This document shows positions 42,494 to 53,565 of a stretch of DNA of 64,000 nucleotides, piece by piece (the first letter of the stretch is position 1; the number at the start of each line of letters is the position of its first letter). Under the pieces are notes generated by a model. It saw only the letters and a list, made by a program, of their open reading frames with translations. It did no database searches and was not told the origin of the DNA. Source of the DNA: Pelagomonas calceolata (taxonomy: Eukaryota); the NCBI GenBank assembly GCA_918797485.1, contig CAKKNE010000006.1, positions 2,728,001-2,792,000 on the forward strand, given 5' to 3'. A program made the position numbers and the translations under genes.

Positions 42494-43342
42494 TTAGGTC
42501 GTCGCGTCGACGGCGTCGACCTCTGGAAACAGCGCCCGCTTGGGAAAGTTCACGAGGTCCCGGAACCAGGGCTTCGCGACCGTCAGCACGAAGACGGGCC
42601 TCGCGCCGCCCGTGTTGTTCAAAGTGCCGCGGTGCAGGACGCGGTAGTCGAAGAGCAACGCGTCTCCAGGTGTGACAAGAGGCACGACGGGCGGCCGCAG
42701 CGTCTTCTTGATGCGCGCCAGGAGCATCTGCTTCGCGAGATTTCTAGTTAGAAAATGGCTCCCGGGTTTTATCTCCGTCCCTCCGCCTCGCGTCACGTCC
42801 ACCAAAGGAACGAAGATATTCAACACATGGGCCGGCTTGTGTTCTGTCGGAGATAAATGAGCCCCGTCCACGTGCCAGGCCTGGGCCGCGCAGTCTCGCT
42901 CGGCTATGACCACCGAACAGCCCAATATCCGTAATTCATCCCGCAAGATCCGCCGCGCCGTTTCAAACGCCAATGACTTCTCGACGCGCCGCCTCAAGTT
43001 CAATAAGGGTTCCCGGTCCAGCCCATGACGCATCTCGTAGCGCCCCGGCATGCGCTGCACGATCTCTCGGTAGCCGGCCCTCTGGCCCACACCCATGCCG
43101 GGATCGCGCGCCTTGCACTCGTCGAGCGCCTCCATCGCCGCCGCGCGGCAGGCTTCGAGCTGTGATGCGTCGGCGACGCCCGGCGCGACGCAGAAGCCGT
43201 CCTGCTCGAACTGGGCGGCTAGAGCTGCGTCGGATCCATTGGAGATGTCCAGAGTGCTGAGGTCGACCGGGTTGGCCACAGGGATGCTCGAACTCGTCGC
43301 GCCGGGTCCTGGCACATCCGCGACGGCCACAGAAGCTGCCAT
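42494..43342 (-). CDS. Phytanoyl-CoA dioxygenase (PhyH) family
   Basis: FEQDGF, QAWHVDG, FVPLVD, GGTE..PGSH, PGDALLFDYRVLHRG. Confidence 0.85.
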   Translation of the reverse strand: MAASVAVADVPGPGATSSSIPVANPVDLSTLDISNGSDAALAAQFEQDGFCVAPGVADASQLEACRAAAMEALDECKARDPGMGVGQRAGYREIVQRMPGRYEMRHGLDREPLLNLRRRVEKSLAFETARRILRDELRILGCSVVIAERDCAAQAWHVDGAHLSPTEHKPAHVLNIFVPLVDVTRGGGTEIKPGSHFLTRNLAKQMLLARIKKTLRPPVVPLVTPGDALLFDYRVLHRGTLNNTGGARPVFVLTVAKPWFRDLVNFPKRALFPEVDAVDATT

Positions 43343-43386
43343 CGCTGCGGGAAAGTGGTCTACTGGCCGTGCGAGCGCTGCTGCTT

Positions 43387-43410
43387 GCTAGTGTCTTACA
43401 TGACGCTAGC
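43387..43410. promoter_or_regulatory. Representative copy of dispersed intergenic motif GCTAGTGTCTTACA-n-GCTAGC
   Basis: Near-identical copies at 3217, 5703, 6880(rc), 28649, 46320, 53332(rc), 57994, 62464; function inferred only from position. Confidence 0.6.
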
Positions 43411-43619
43411 ACGACTCGAGCCGCGGCACTCAAAAAAAAAGCACCAGTAACGCACGAATCCGTGCTCCAGGAAGGCGCCAAAGGACGCCCGCGCACAGCT
43501 GCGCGCATCGCTGATACAAATCTCCACGCCTGCGGACTAGGCTCCAGCCTCCTCTGCCAGCAGCACACGCGCGGCGCGGCGGCTAGTCTACGCACCGACG
43601 CGATACAACAAAAAAAGGG

Positions 43620-44969
43620 ATGCCCGCCTCCTGCGTCACCGTGCAGATCGGCCAGTGCGGCACGCAGCTCGGAGCTTGCGTTTTAGATAGGCTGAACGCC
43701 GAGGCCCGGCACGAGGCCGACGCGGCGTACTTCTTCCGGCAAGGCAAGTCGGGCGAGCGCGTCGCACGCGCGGTTCTTGTGGATACGGAACCTCGAGTAG
43801 TGGGCGAGGTCGAGGGCGGCGATCGGGACGGCTGCCGGTGGGTGTATGGCGCCGCGAACCGCGTTCTGTGCGACGCGGGGTTGCGGGGCTGCGCGAACAA
43901 TTGGGCCAAGGGCTTTTCGTCGGAGAAGGAGGGCGTGAACCGAGCGGCGGATGTCGTTCGAAGGGAGATGGAGCGGAGCGATCGAGTCGACGCGTTGCTG
44001 TCGTTCGCCGCGGGCGCGGGTGGTACTGGGAGTGGTCTAGGATGTGCCTTCCACAGCTGCTTTTCCGACGACAATCCGAAGATCCGACCCTTGCATTGCG
44101 TCGTGCTGCCAGACAGACAAGGCGACGTCGCGGTCGGGTCCTACAACGCCACTTTGACATTGAATCACTTGAGCAAGGACGCGAAGCGGAGAGGCGGCGG
44201 TTTGTGTTTACTGTCGAACGAGCTCTCGAAGCAGATGTGCACGAATGTTTTCCGGATAGATAGACCTACTTTTGACCAGTTGAACGACGTCTTCGCAACT
44301 TTATTGGCCGGTAATTTGCTCCCCTACGCCATTGAGGGTCAGCGCAAAGGCCTAGGATATACATTGAGCCACTGCTGCGCCGGGCGACTGAGGTACGTGA
44401 CACCGTATGCTGCGCCCTTGTACGAGCGGGCCCAGAACGCGGCCTTCGACCAGAATTTGTGGCCCGGCGTCTGCGGCGAACTTACCAGAAGAGCCAAGCT
44501 CCTGGCCGAGCCGATTCTGCGGGCCGACGAGAAGCCGCCTCTGGATCGACCGCCGCCCGCGCGAGCCTGGGTCTGCGCGGGACTCGTCGTGGGACGGGGC
44601 GCCGACGCCACGCAGATGGAGGAAAGTCGCTTCGCGAGAGATATACGTATACCAAAGGGCGCCCCCGGCCTCAAATTCGGCACTTCACAGAACGCGTGCC
44701 GGACGGCGCCGCGGTCATGTTACTTCCTCGCCAATTCGTCTTCTGTGTTACCTATTTTGAGGCATGTGGAATCGCGATGCAGCGCCATGCTCGAGTACCG
44801 CGCCTACGTCCACCACTACGAGCGCTACGGCACGACGGCCGAGGATCTTGAAAAGGCGCTGGCGTCGCTGCGCGCCCAGATCGCCGACTACGACGGCCTC
44901 GCTCCCGTGCCGGAGCCGCCCGTCGCGGCGATGGCGTCGTTATCGCTGCCGCCGCCGCCGCCGCGCTAG
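43620..44969 (+). CDS. TUBD1: Delta-tubulin
   Basis: VTVQIGQCG, ARAVLVDTEPRVV, NNWAKG, AGGTGSGLG, AYVHHYERYG. Confidence 0.85.
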   Translation: MPASCVTVQIGQCGTQLGACVLDRLNAEARHEADAAYFFRQGKSGERVARAVLVDTEPRVVGEVEGGDRDGCRWVYGAANRVLCDAGLRGCANNWAKGFSSEKEGVNRAADVVRREMERSDRVDALLSFAAGAGGTGSGLGCAFHSCFSDDNPKIRPLHCVVLPDRQGDVAVGSYNATLTLNHLSKDAKRRGGGLCLLSNELSKQMCTNVFRIDRPTFDQLNDVFATLLAGNLLPYAIEGQRKGLGYTLSHCCAGRLRYVTPYAAPLYERAQNAAFDQNLWPGVCGELTRRAKLLAEPILRADEKPPLDRPPPARAWVCAGLVVGRGADATQMEESRFARDIRIPKGAPGLKFGTSQNACRTAPRSCYFLANSSSVLPILRHVESRCSAMLEYRAYVHHYERYGTTAEDLEKALASLRAQIADYDGLAPVPEPPVAAMASLSLPPPPPR

Positions 44970-45009
44970 TTTTCTTCGTAATAATGTCTGTTGAGATATA
45001 CAAACAATT

Positions 45010-46206
45010 TTACGCGGGCCGCCGCGGCGTGTCCACCGAGCCGTGGTACGCCATACCGCCGACGCAGCACGCGACGCCCAGTATCGCGGCGCTCCCGCGC
45101 CAACGGGGAGGCGTTTCGAAGGCGCGGGCGTGGTCGTACAACGGCGACTCCGGCCCTTGACACGCCTTCGGCGATGACGGGCCGCCCAGGACCTCGACGT
45201 CGAGGGGGTCCTCCTCCCGTTTGATGGGCGACGGCGTGACGACGCTGCGAGCTAAAGCAGTTTGTAAAGGCGACGCCGGCTCGTCATCAGAATAGCCGGT
45301 GAATTCATGGGACAGCGGGCCCGTATTTCCCGTCCGTTCGCGCCACGCCCTATCATGCTCCAGCGTGATCGGCCATTGCACACTATGATCATACCCCGGT
45401 GAACATTTATCTAAACGAGTTTGTCCGGCGCCCGTGATGGCCCGCCAGTCCGGTCCAATTAACTCGGTCATTTTATCCTCATCTTTATCCGTAACAAATA
45501 ATATTTTGGTGGCCGTCTTCGGGTCGATCAGAGGCTTCACGAGCCGATAAGCCACTGAAAAAACAGACGGCGCATTATGTAAAATAATGTGGCCGCAGCA
45601 CTCGGCAAAACAACACGTCAACATCCGCATCGTCTCCTTCGTGACGGCCCAGGACGGGTTGTTCCGCAGTGAGAAATCATTCAGGTGGAGGAAGATCACG
45701 TACTTTCTCACTTGAGAACCGTCGCACCGTCGCAGCGCGTGCTCTAAGACGAACGCTAACGCGCGTAATTGGCCGCCCGCGTCTTTCGTATTTTGGACGC
45801 TATTATCAAAAATGACCACGGGCCGGCCAAACCTATCGAGTGAGGGCGCCACCCTCAACTTACCAGTGGCGCACTCCCGATCCAGTTCCGCGTAGTCCAG
45901 GACGTGCGGTCTCCTCCGAAGGCGCCAGGCCAGCGCGTCTCGGATGAGTCGACTTGCTTTTTGGACATTGTCGTCCCTGGCTACTAGGAAGCGGTCCAGG
46001 ACGGCGTCATCATCGAGGTACCAGGCCCAGCGCTCGTAGGTGAGGCCCAGGTCGGCTTCACGCCTCAGTTCCTCGCGCAGCTCTTGGATTTTACTGGTGT
46101 TGGGCTCGGGCCGGCTCGCGAGGACGTGCCAGCGCTGGTTGACGGCGGCGGCTGCCGGTTTTGGTGATGCCGATGCCGGTTTTGCGGCCGGTGTGGATGC
46201 AGGCAT
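45010..46206 (-). CDS. CRAL-TRIO/SEC14 lipid-binding protein
   Basis: DDAVLDRFLVARD..V.KA..L..AL.WR; DRFGRPV; NAPSVF..Y.LVKPLIDPKTATKI. Confidence 0.85.
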   Translation of the reverse strand: MPASTPAAKPASASPKPAAAAVNQRWHVLASRPEPNTSKIQELREELRREADLGLTYERWAWYLDDDAVLDRFLVARDDNVQKASRLIRDALAWRLRRRPHVLDYAELDRECATGKLRVAPSLDRFGRPVVIFDNSVQNTKDAGGQLRALAFVLEHALRRCDGSQVRKYVIFLHLNDFSLRNNPSWAVTKETMRMLTCCFAECCGHIILHNAPSVFSVAYRLVKPLIDPKTATKILFVTDKDEDKMTELIGPDWRAITGAGQTRLDKCSPGYDHSVQWPITLEHDRAWRERTGNTGPLSHEFTGYSDDEPASPLQTALARSVVTPSPIKREEDPLDVEVLGGPSSPKACQGPESPLYDHARAFETPPRWRGSAAILGVACCVGGMAYHGSVDTPRRPA

Positions 46207-46648
46207 CGCACGATTCTACGATTCTACGTTTTTGTATTTATGCTCGTAGATGGCACCAAACAATTGCCCTTAAGACGGGGCAACAGCTGCCAAGTCTGAC
46301 AAGTTGTTTGCCTGCTTTTCTAGTGTCTTACAGCCGCTAGCAACGTGAGAGCAGTATTCGCAGGGAGACCGCTCGCTTGCGTCGCCCCGACAGATCTCTT
46401 TCAGGGGCGCCGCCCGCGCGGACTCCAACAATCCCGCGCGCACTGCGCGCGAGGCTGCCCAGGCTTGTTGCTCTGCGCGCACTGACTGCGGTGCGGAGAC
46501 GGAGGGGCAGCGCGCGTTAAGTGGCGCCATCTCTACACGTGATCGGTCTGCGCTGCCTGCTGCGAAGCGCCCGCCCGGCAGGCCCCAGCGAAGTTTGTGC
46601 TCCCAGGGCAGCGCCACTGGAGGCGGCCGACGCGCCCGTTCATCCAGG

Positions 46649-49600
46649 ATGAAGCCCGCCTCGCGCCGGCGCGGCGCCCTCGCGCTCCTGGCCCTGGCCG
46701 GATGCGGGGTCGCGCAGAACATGGGGCAATGGGTCGGAGGCGAGCATTGCGCGGGCTCCCACTGTGGGCCCAGCAAGTCGGAGCCCGAAGAGCCCAGCAA
46801 GGAGGCGCAGCGATTGGCTCGCGAGGCGTTGGCAGGCGGCGGGTCGGGGTGGTTTGAATACGATATACTCGACGGCAACCGCTTCGACGGCTTGGGCGTC
46901 GTCCAATATTTGGGCAGCGGCGTCAAGGTCGACTTTTCGGCGGACGCCGCGAACTACTACTCGCGCTCGACGGGCCACCGGACGGGCGACCGCGAAAATG
47001 CAGCGCGCATGACTCTCGCGGCGGAGGGCGACTTCTCGGGCGACCACGCGACGCAGTGGAGCCTCGGGGCGCCGGGCGCCTGGTTCTCGATACGGCTGGT
47101 CGACCACGCGCTGCGGCCGACCTACTACGTCTACCGCGGCGACATGGGCGGGGGAGGCAATCATCCGAGGACCTGGACGCTCGAAGCCTCCGCCGACGGC
47201 CAGAACTGGACGCCGCTCCGCGAGCACGACGACGACGATGGGAGCGTCACCAATACCCAGGCGGGCGGGTGGCCGCTCGAGGCCGAGGAACACTTCTCGT
47301 ATTTTCGCATTCGGAACCGCGGCCACCCGAACCATCTCTGCTGCAGCGGCGTCGACTTTTACGGGGAACTCGTCCACCGGAAGGGGGCGGGCGCGGTGCC
47401 GGTCACGTCATTTGCGGAGGAACCCGGGGCGGCGAGCGGCGGGCTCCGGGAAGCGCTCGACGGCGCGCCGCGCCTCAAGTTGGTCGCCGCGGGCTCGGAC
47501 GATGCGCTGCACTTCGACAACGCGGCGACGCTGCGCGCGGGAGGCGAGGCGCCGCTGACGGCGAACGGCAAGAACGTTGGGCTCTACTGGTCGCAGCCGC
47601 GGAATGCCTGGGGCCACTGGGATTACATTGACCTCGGCGTGAGCGAAAAGCTGCGCCCGCTGCGCGTCAAGCTCGACGGGCCCTATATCGTCTGGGAGGG
47701 GGGACAAGGCGAGTTCGCCTTCGACGTTTCGATGTGGCAGCTTCACGAGGGCCGACACCTCGTTCTGGTCCAGGCGTGCGAAGGTAATCCGGGAGGACCG
47801 ACGCGGATGTCGCAGGACGCGGCCGGACGAGACTTTGTCCTTTATGCCGACGGCACGATCGGGCCGCGCACCGCGACGCATCTGCGGCTCGGCGTCGTAT
47901 CGAAGATTGGTAACCTTCGGCCTGGATGGTCGGCGCACGAGGACATCGACATGGCCTATCAAGGCGACGTCGAAATCATCCACAACTGGCGCGAGGAGCA
48001 CTCCATCGAGGACCTCCAGCGCATCGTCGAGCGCAAGGGCTACTCGGCCATCTCCGTGGGCAGCTTCGACCACGCGGCTCTGAAAAAGTTCCCGTACCAG
48101 CTCACCGCCGGCCACTGCGAGCCGTCTCCGGGGTACTCGAACACGTTCTACATCTGGGGCGGTCGGGGCGGCGGCGGCGGGTCGGCCGACGGCAGCGAGG
48201 TGGCGCCGAAGGAACCCGGGGAGGGTTCCGGCGGCAGCCTGAGGAAGGTAGAGGTTGGTCGTGTTATGTCGTGGTACGACTACCGCGCGCGGGCGAAGCA
48301 AGAGGGCGGGCGCCTGCCCACGACCGCGGAGCTAAGAGCCGCAGGCGTCGATGTCGGCTACGATCAGTGGACGCCGATCACGCCGAGCCCGGGCGACCAG
48401 GAAACGGGCCGCCGCGACGGCGCGCGAGGCAAGGACGAGAACGCCTGGGCCAATATCGGTCCGCGCAAGTACCAGATCGAGTATCCCGCCTGGGGCCTCG
48501 ACGCGAGCGAGCATCCATGGAAGCGGCTCACCTACTTTTACGTCGTGTCTGATTTTGGCAAGGACTGGGACGGGTTCGAGGACGACGAGTCCGGCGCCTT
48601 GGGCATCATCTCGTCGGTGCAGCCCAAGATCATCGATTCGAGGTTGGTGCTCGTTCGACGGGGCAGCCCGAACGTGCTCCGCTTCGACCACTGGCAAGCC
48701 CTGCAGGCCGGGAGCGCGGCGCCCTTGACTGTCGACGCGTCGCACCCCGGGAATGGAATTGGGACGATGTACCCTGAAGAACGAAGATTCCAGGAGTGGA
48801 GATACACAGAATCAAAATGTGTGGCGGAGCGAGACGCGTGCTCCGTTCAACTGGTCCAGGGAAAGTTTCTGAAGCGGGTCGACGCGAACCTAGTGCTTGA
48901 CGTGGCCTTTTGGAAGTTTCACGAGGGGACCGCGGTCAATTGGGTCGGCGGCGGAAGCGACGACCGCACGTACCTCCACGGCGGCGGCCGCGACTTCCGC
49001 GTCAACTCGGACGGGTCGATCTGCCTGGTCAACCACCCGCGCTTATGCCTGGGCGTCATCGACCCCGAGAGCCGGGTCCGCCTCTTTAGGTGGAGAAGGT
49101 GGTTGTCCAAAGTGCAGGGCGTATGTTCTAACGATTGGCCCGAGTTCCCTGGCGACTACCCATACGAAGCATTCGCGAACTCGGGAAAATGCAGAGGAGG
49201 TGATTTCGACGAAGACGTCGGCACGGTCGCTGACATCGGTGAGTGTTGGAGCAGGTGCCAGGATCTCAACGAGCCCGGAAAAACGTCGTATTGCGCTTCG
49301 ATGCATCAAACGTCGATGGAATGCTCCTGCCAGGGCGCAGATCCTGACGGCGACTTCGACGAGCTCGAGTGCCTCGAGGACGTCGGGGAGTACACGCTCG
49401 CCGTGCACGAGGGCTGGCGCGGCTCGCGGTGCTACGGCAACGACGGACGCGTGTGCGCGTGCGACGGCGGCGATTACTGCCTGCCGTGCGATTACTGCCT
49501 GCCGTGGACGCGGGAACATATGGCAGGACCCTTCAAGGAGGGACTGCTCAGCTACGCCTTTCTGGCCATAGGATTCAGCTTGCTGCTCGGCCCTGGCGTC

Positions 49601-49730
49601 TGGCTTATTGTGCGCGTGGGCCTCTGCTGGGTCGCGATCCCCGGCCTCATGGCCGCTGCCCCCCCTGGAACTGGCGTCGTCGCGTTCCTTTGGATTCTCG
49701 TCGGCATAATCGTCTACAGGTGCATAGAAA

Positions 49731-49761
<31 letters not shown>

Positions 49762-50173
49762 AGAAACAGCAGCAGCAACAGACACAAGAGCAGACGCTGT
49801 AGCGGAGGTCGATAAGGCGAATGAAAACTGTCAGACGCCGCTATACATCGCCTGCCAGAACGGCCACGTTGACACTGCGCGGCTGCTGCTGGACAACGGC
49901 GCGGAGGTCGATAAGGCGAATGAAAACGGTGTGACGCCGCTGTACATCGCCTGCGAGAAAGGCCACATCGATGTGGCGCGACTGTTGCTGGAGAAAGGCG
50001 CGAATGTCGACAAGGCGAAGAAGGACGGTGCGATTGAGGCAAATGAATCTACTACTCAAGTCATGCAAAACCCACCGCCGCCGCGTCATGATTTACTAAA
50101 TATGTATTCGGGTGAAATTGGAATATGTGTTCTTTTGTTTTATTTTTTTGGCTTGTATCAGCATGCATTATAA
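46649..50173 (+). CDS. Mosaic secreted/membrane protein: galactose-binding-like, duplicated beta-rich module, lectin-like, Cys-rich, TM, ankyrin repeats
   Basis: Signal peptide; PRTWTLEASADGQNWTPLREH; module repeated at ~47470-47900 and ~48640-49060; three TM helices; TPLYIAC..GH ankyrins. Confidence 0.7.
49802..50020 (+). repeat. 99-bp tandem repeat (ankyrin units), preceded by a (CAG/CAA)n microsatellite at ~49731-49780
   Basis: GCGGAGGTCGATAAGGCGAATGAAAAC recurs at 99-bp spacing. Confidence 0.85.
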
Positions 50174-50482
50174 TGAGAATAAGAATGATACTTCAGAAAT
50201 GGAAGCACGACAATGTGATACAAAAGGATTTGGTTTAGCATTATAGAAAAATTATTGCCGGAAAGATAAAAATGAATGGAATATGAATCCAAAAACGACA
50301 CATTGGGAACAACGTTGCTGTTGAACTATTCTTTACTGCCATGAAGATAGGAAGTTCATGTCGTACTCGGAGCCCCCGTTAGACTTCCCCTGTTCACACT
50401 AATTTTCCCCTGCCTCGAGTTTAAAGATTTATATAATACAAGTACTCGAGAGTTCTGGAATGGTAGTGGGAGAATGACGCGT

Positions 50483-51841
50483 CTAGCACGACTCCGCCGC
50501 GCCGACCTTGGTCGTCGCCGCGTAGGGCCTCGTGAGGAACGGCCGGCCGGCGACGACGAAGGCCGCAATGAGGGAGAAGGCGACGATGAGCGGCACGTAG
50601 GCGATGTACTCGTTGTCGAGGTGCTGCTGGACGAAGTTCGACCAGCGCGGGCCGGGGATCTTCCCAACGTCGACGCTCGCCTTGTACGCGGACATCATCG
50701 TCGCAAAGGCGGTCTTCGGGAGGATTCCCTTATAGGCCGGCGAGAGGCCCATCGAGAATACCGTCGACGCGCCCGCGAGCGTGAGGTAGCCCGCGAGGAA
50801 GTAGGTCTCGACGTAAGTCATCGACGGCCGCGACTGGCCGACGAGCATCAGGCCGAGGCCTACCGCGACGGCCGCCGAGCCGGCGGCGATGCAGTCGTAG
50901 TGCTCGAGGGGCGTCCGCTCCAGCAAGACCTCGGCGACCAGTCCGCTCCCGAGGCCGGCGACCTGGAAGAGAAAGAGCCAGAGGGAGATCTTGGGTTGGT
51001 GCCAGCGCTGCTCGGCCAGGAAGACCGGTCCGAAGTAGTTCGCCGCCGACGTCGCGAGACCGTAGCAAAATACGAAGACCAGCCAGGTGCACGTCTGCCG
51101 CGTCCACACGCCGGTCTCGCGCCAGCCCGCGAAGGGGTTGAGCGACCGCTTGGTTCGCGCGCCGGCCGGCTCGACGACGAGCGCCCAGACACAGGGAAGC
51201 GTCACCAGGGACGCGAGCGCCTGGACCGCCGCGGGACTATTACCCGGGTTGTACTGGACGCCGGCCGAGAACCGTGCGTGGCCGAGGCCAATAGAGCTAC
51301 CCGTCGCCGCGACCATGCCAACGCTAACGAACAGCCGGAAGGTCGACATGCGCCACGAGGCGACCTTCGGGTGCGCCGACACGGTCGGGATGTAGCCGAT
51401 GCCGAGCGCCGTCGCCCCGCAGCCCAGGCCGTCGACGAATTTTCCCGCGATGGCCAGTCGTATCGAGCCCGCGACGCTCGGGTCCGCGAGGACGTACATC
51501 AAGTTCCCCGCGAGCATCAGGACGACGTAGACGAACAGGGCGGGCCGCCAGCCCAGCGCGCCCGAGAGCGCCCTGCTCAGCACGCTGCCGACGAACTGGC
51601 CCGCCGCCCAGACCGTCCAGGCGTTCGAGAACTGCGTGTTCGCCGCCTTCGTCGGCTCGCTGTCACGCATGTCGAAGGCGCCGCCCGTGTCGATGCGCGT
51701 GAAGTAGTTGGGGCCGGACGAGAGCGTGAAGACGTAGTCGGAGCCGAGCAGGGCGGCGACCCAGTACATGAAGAGGAGCGCGCGTTTGACGGCCGTCGAC
51801 TCCTCGTCGGGCTTCGGCGTCGACGCCACTTTCTCGCTCAT
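50483..51841 (-). CDS. MFS-like transporter
   Basis: About 12 TM helices; LSGALGWRP, GNLMYVLA, GKFVDGLGCG. Confidence 0.75.
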   Translation of the reverse strand: MSEKVASTPKPDEESTAVKRALLFMYWVAALLGSDYVFTLSSGPNYFTRIDTGGAFDMRDSEPTKAANTQFSNAWTVWAAGQFVGSVLSRALSGALGWRPALFVYVVLMLAGNLMYVLADPSVAGSIRLAIAGKFVDGLGCGATALGIGYIPTVSAHPKVASWRMSTFRLFVSVGMVAATGSSIGLGHARFSAGVQYNPGNSPAAVQALASLVTLPCVWALVVEPAGARTKRSLNPFAGWRETGVWTRQTCTWLVFVFCYGLATSAANYFGPVFLAEQRWHQPKISLWLFLFQVAGLGSGLVAEVLLERTPLEHYDCIAAGSAAVAVGLGLMLVGQSRPSMTYVETYFLAGYLTLAGASTVFSMGLSPAYKGILPKTAFATMMSAYKASVDVGKIPGPRWSNFVQQHLDNEYIAYVPLIVAFSLIAAFVVAGRPFLTRPYAATTKVGAAESC

Positions 51842-52117
51842 GGTGCTTGCAGGAAAAAAATGCTAGTGATGTTACAGCAATGGTGATGATGCGTGACAGT
51901 TATTGGGCGCACGAGTTTGGTTTAGAACATATGAAACGCCAGTGAGACTCGCGTGCTCGCACGTCGCGCGTCGGAGTCGCGAGAGACAAAGTCACTGACA
52001 TCAAAACGGGTTTTCCTGATTCCTGTGGCGTGCTTTGTAGCGGGGCTAGAGGGGCTAGGGTAAGAGCTTGGAGGGGGGGGGTTCGCATTTCACACTAGTT
52101 ACGCCCCCAGAACACGA

Positions 52118-53158
52118 TCAGAGCTCGATCGCGTCCACCGGAACCGCCGCCTTCGGCGCCGCTGCGCGCTCGACCGGCGACGCGAACAAAGCCGTCCCCG
52201 AGCCCGTCGCCGCGTCGAACGCGAAGACGTTGTTCGTCGGCGCGCCCCGGCCGGACACGGCCTTGACGACCTCCTGGCCGAGGACGCCGCCGACGACCGC
52301 GGCGATATGGGCCGGACATTTCCCCGCGACGCGCGCGTGGCGCGCCAGTATCGTGTCGTCCAACCCTAAGCTCCGCGCCGCCAGCTCCCGCCGCGCGAAG
52401 GCCACGAAGTCGCCTTCGTCTCTTGACCGCTTCTTTGAGGTAGGACGGTCCGCGAAGAGCGCGTCGAGCCGATCCAACAGAAACGGTGTTGGCGGCTGCG
52501 CCATCTTCTTGTTCTTTACGCTGTCCCAGGCCACACCGACAGCGTCGGCATACGAACAGTACGAGGCTTTTTGCGGTGCTGATGTTGTTTTCTTGGCCCC
52601 CTCTCCCGTTTCGACCACGTACGTGTGCTCCGCGCCTAAATCTAAAAAAGCCGCCGCGCCGTCCCCCGAGCAGCGCACGGCCAGGAACTTCGCGCCACTC
52701 TTGCGGCAGGCCTCATTAATCAATTTCCTTTCCTCCTCACTACCTCTAGTACAAGGCACGTCGACGATGACCACCCCATGACCCTCCACCAGCTTCTCCG
52801 CCGTTGCTGCATCGCTGCAAGAAGAAGTAGAACCAATCTTCACGTCCGCGAAGGGGTTGAGCTCCGCAATGTTCTCCACAGACGCCTCTCCGACGCCCTT
52901 GCCGATGCTCTCGGCATCCGCAAAGAAGTTGTAGCCCAGCGACGCCGCGTCGACCTTCCGATGGTCGGCAACCGTCGCCGAGAAGCCGGCCAATACAAGG
53001 TTCTTGCAGAGCTCCACGTTCGCGGGCCCGAGGCCGAGGAAGAGGACGCGGCTCGCCTGGATGCGGCGCTGCGCGTCGGCGCCCCACAACCTAATCTGCC
53101 GATCATAGACCTTGTTCGTTTCTTCCTCCGAGGGCTTTGTGCTGGTGAAGGTCGCCAT
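52118..53158 (-). CDS. SAE1: SUMO-activating enzyme subunit 1 (AOS1-like)
   Basis: YDRQIRLWGADAQRRI, ELCKNLVLAG, ELNPF, AAVVGGVLGQEVVKAVS. Confidence 0.88.
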   Translation of the reverse strand: MATFTSTKPSEEETNKVYDRQIRLWGADAQRRIQASRVLFLGLGPANVELCKNLVLAGFSATVADHRKVDAASLGYNFFADAESIGKGVGEASVENIAELNPFADVKIGSTSSCSDAATAEKLVEGHGVVIVDVPCTRGSEEERKLINEACRKSGAKFLAVRCSGDGAAAFLDLGAEHTYVVETGEGAKKTTSAPQKASYCSYADAVGVAWDSVKNKKMAQPPTPFLLDRLDALFADRPTSKKRSRDEGDFVAFARRELAARSLGLDDTILARHARVAGKCPAHIAAVVGGVLGQEVVKAVSGRGAPTNNVFAFDAATGSGTALFASPVERAAAPKAAVPVDAIEL

Positions 53159-53565
53159 GGCGTTTAAGAGAGCTACCCTCTCGCTACTGGTTACAAATTT
53201 GCCACGGCGCGCGACCGGGCTCGCCTCCTCTGGGGACCAAGTGACTCGGACAGGACTGCGAACGCTGATCTCGCGCTGCGTCGGGCTCGTAGCCGTGTAG
53301 ATTGGCGCGTGAGCAAAGCGAGCCCGCGCAGGCTAGCGGCATGTAAGACACTAGCAAGCTGTTAGGCGGGTTTTCTTCACGGAAGACGTCCTAGTCCCGA
53401 TAACCAGGCCGCGACGTACATATATAGTTGCTTTGCTTAGAGCTAGGCCGCCTAGCCACCCGGCCGACGCCTCCCTAAGCCTCCCTACGCCCCTCATACG
53501 CCGTCGCCCCGAGTGTTCGCTCGGAGGCGACGACGGCGAGGGGGAATAGGTAACGTAGAGAGACG

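Noticed and set aside
50474..51886. 470-aa Arg-rich + ORF
   Set aside because: Antisense shadow of the MFS transporter.
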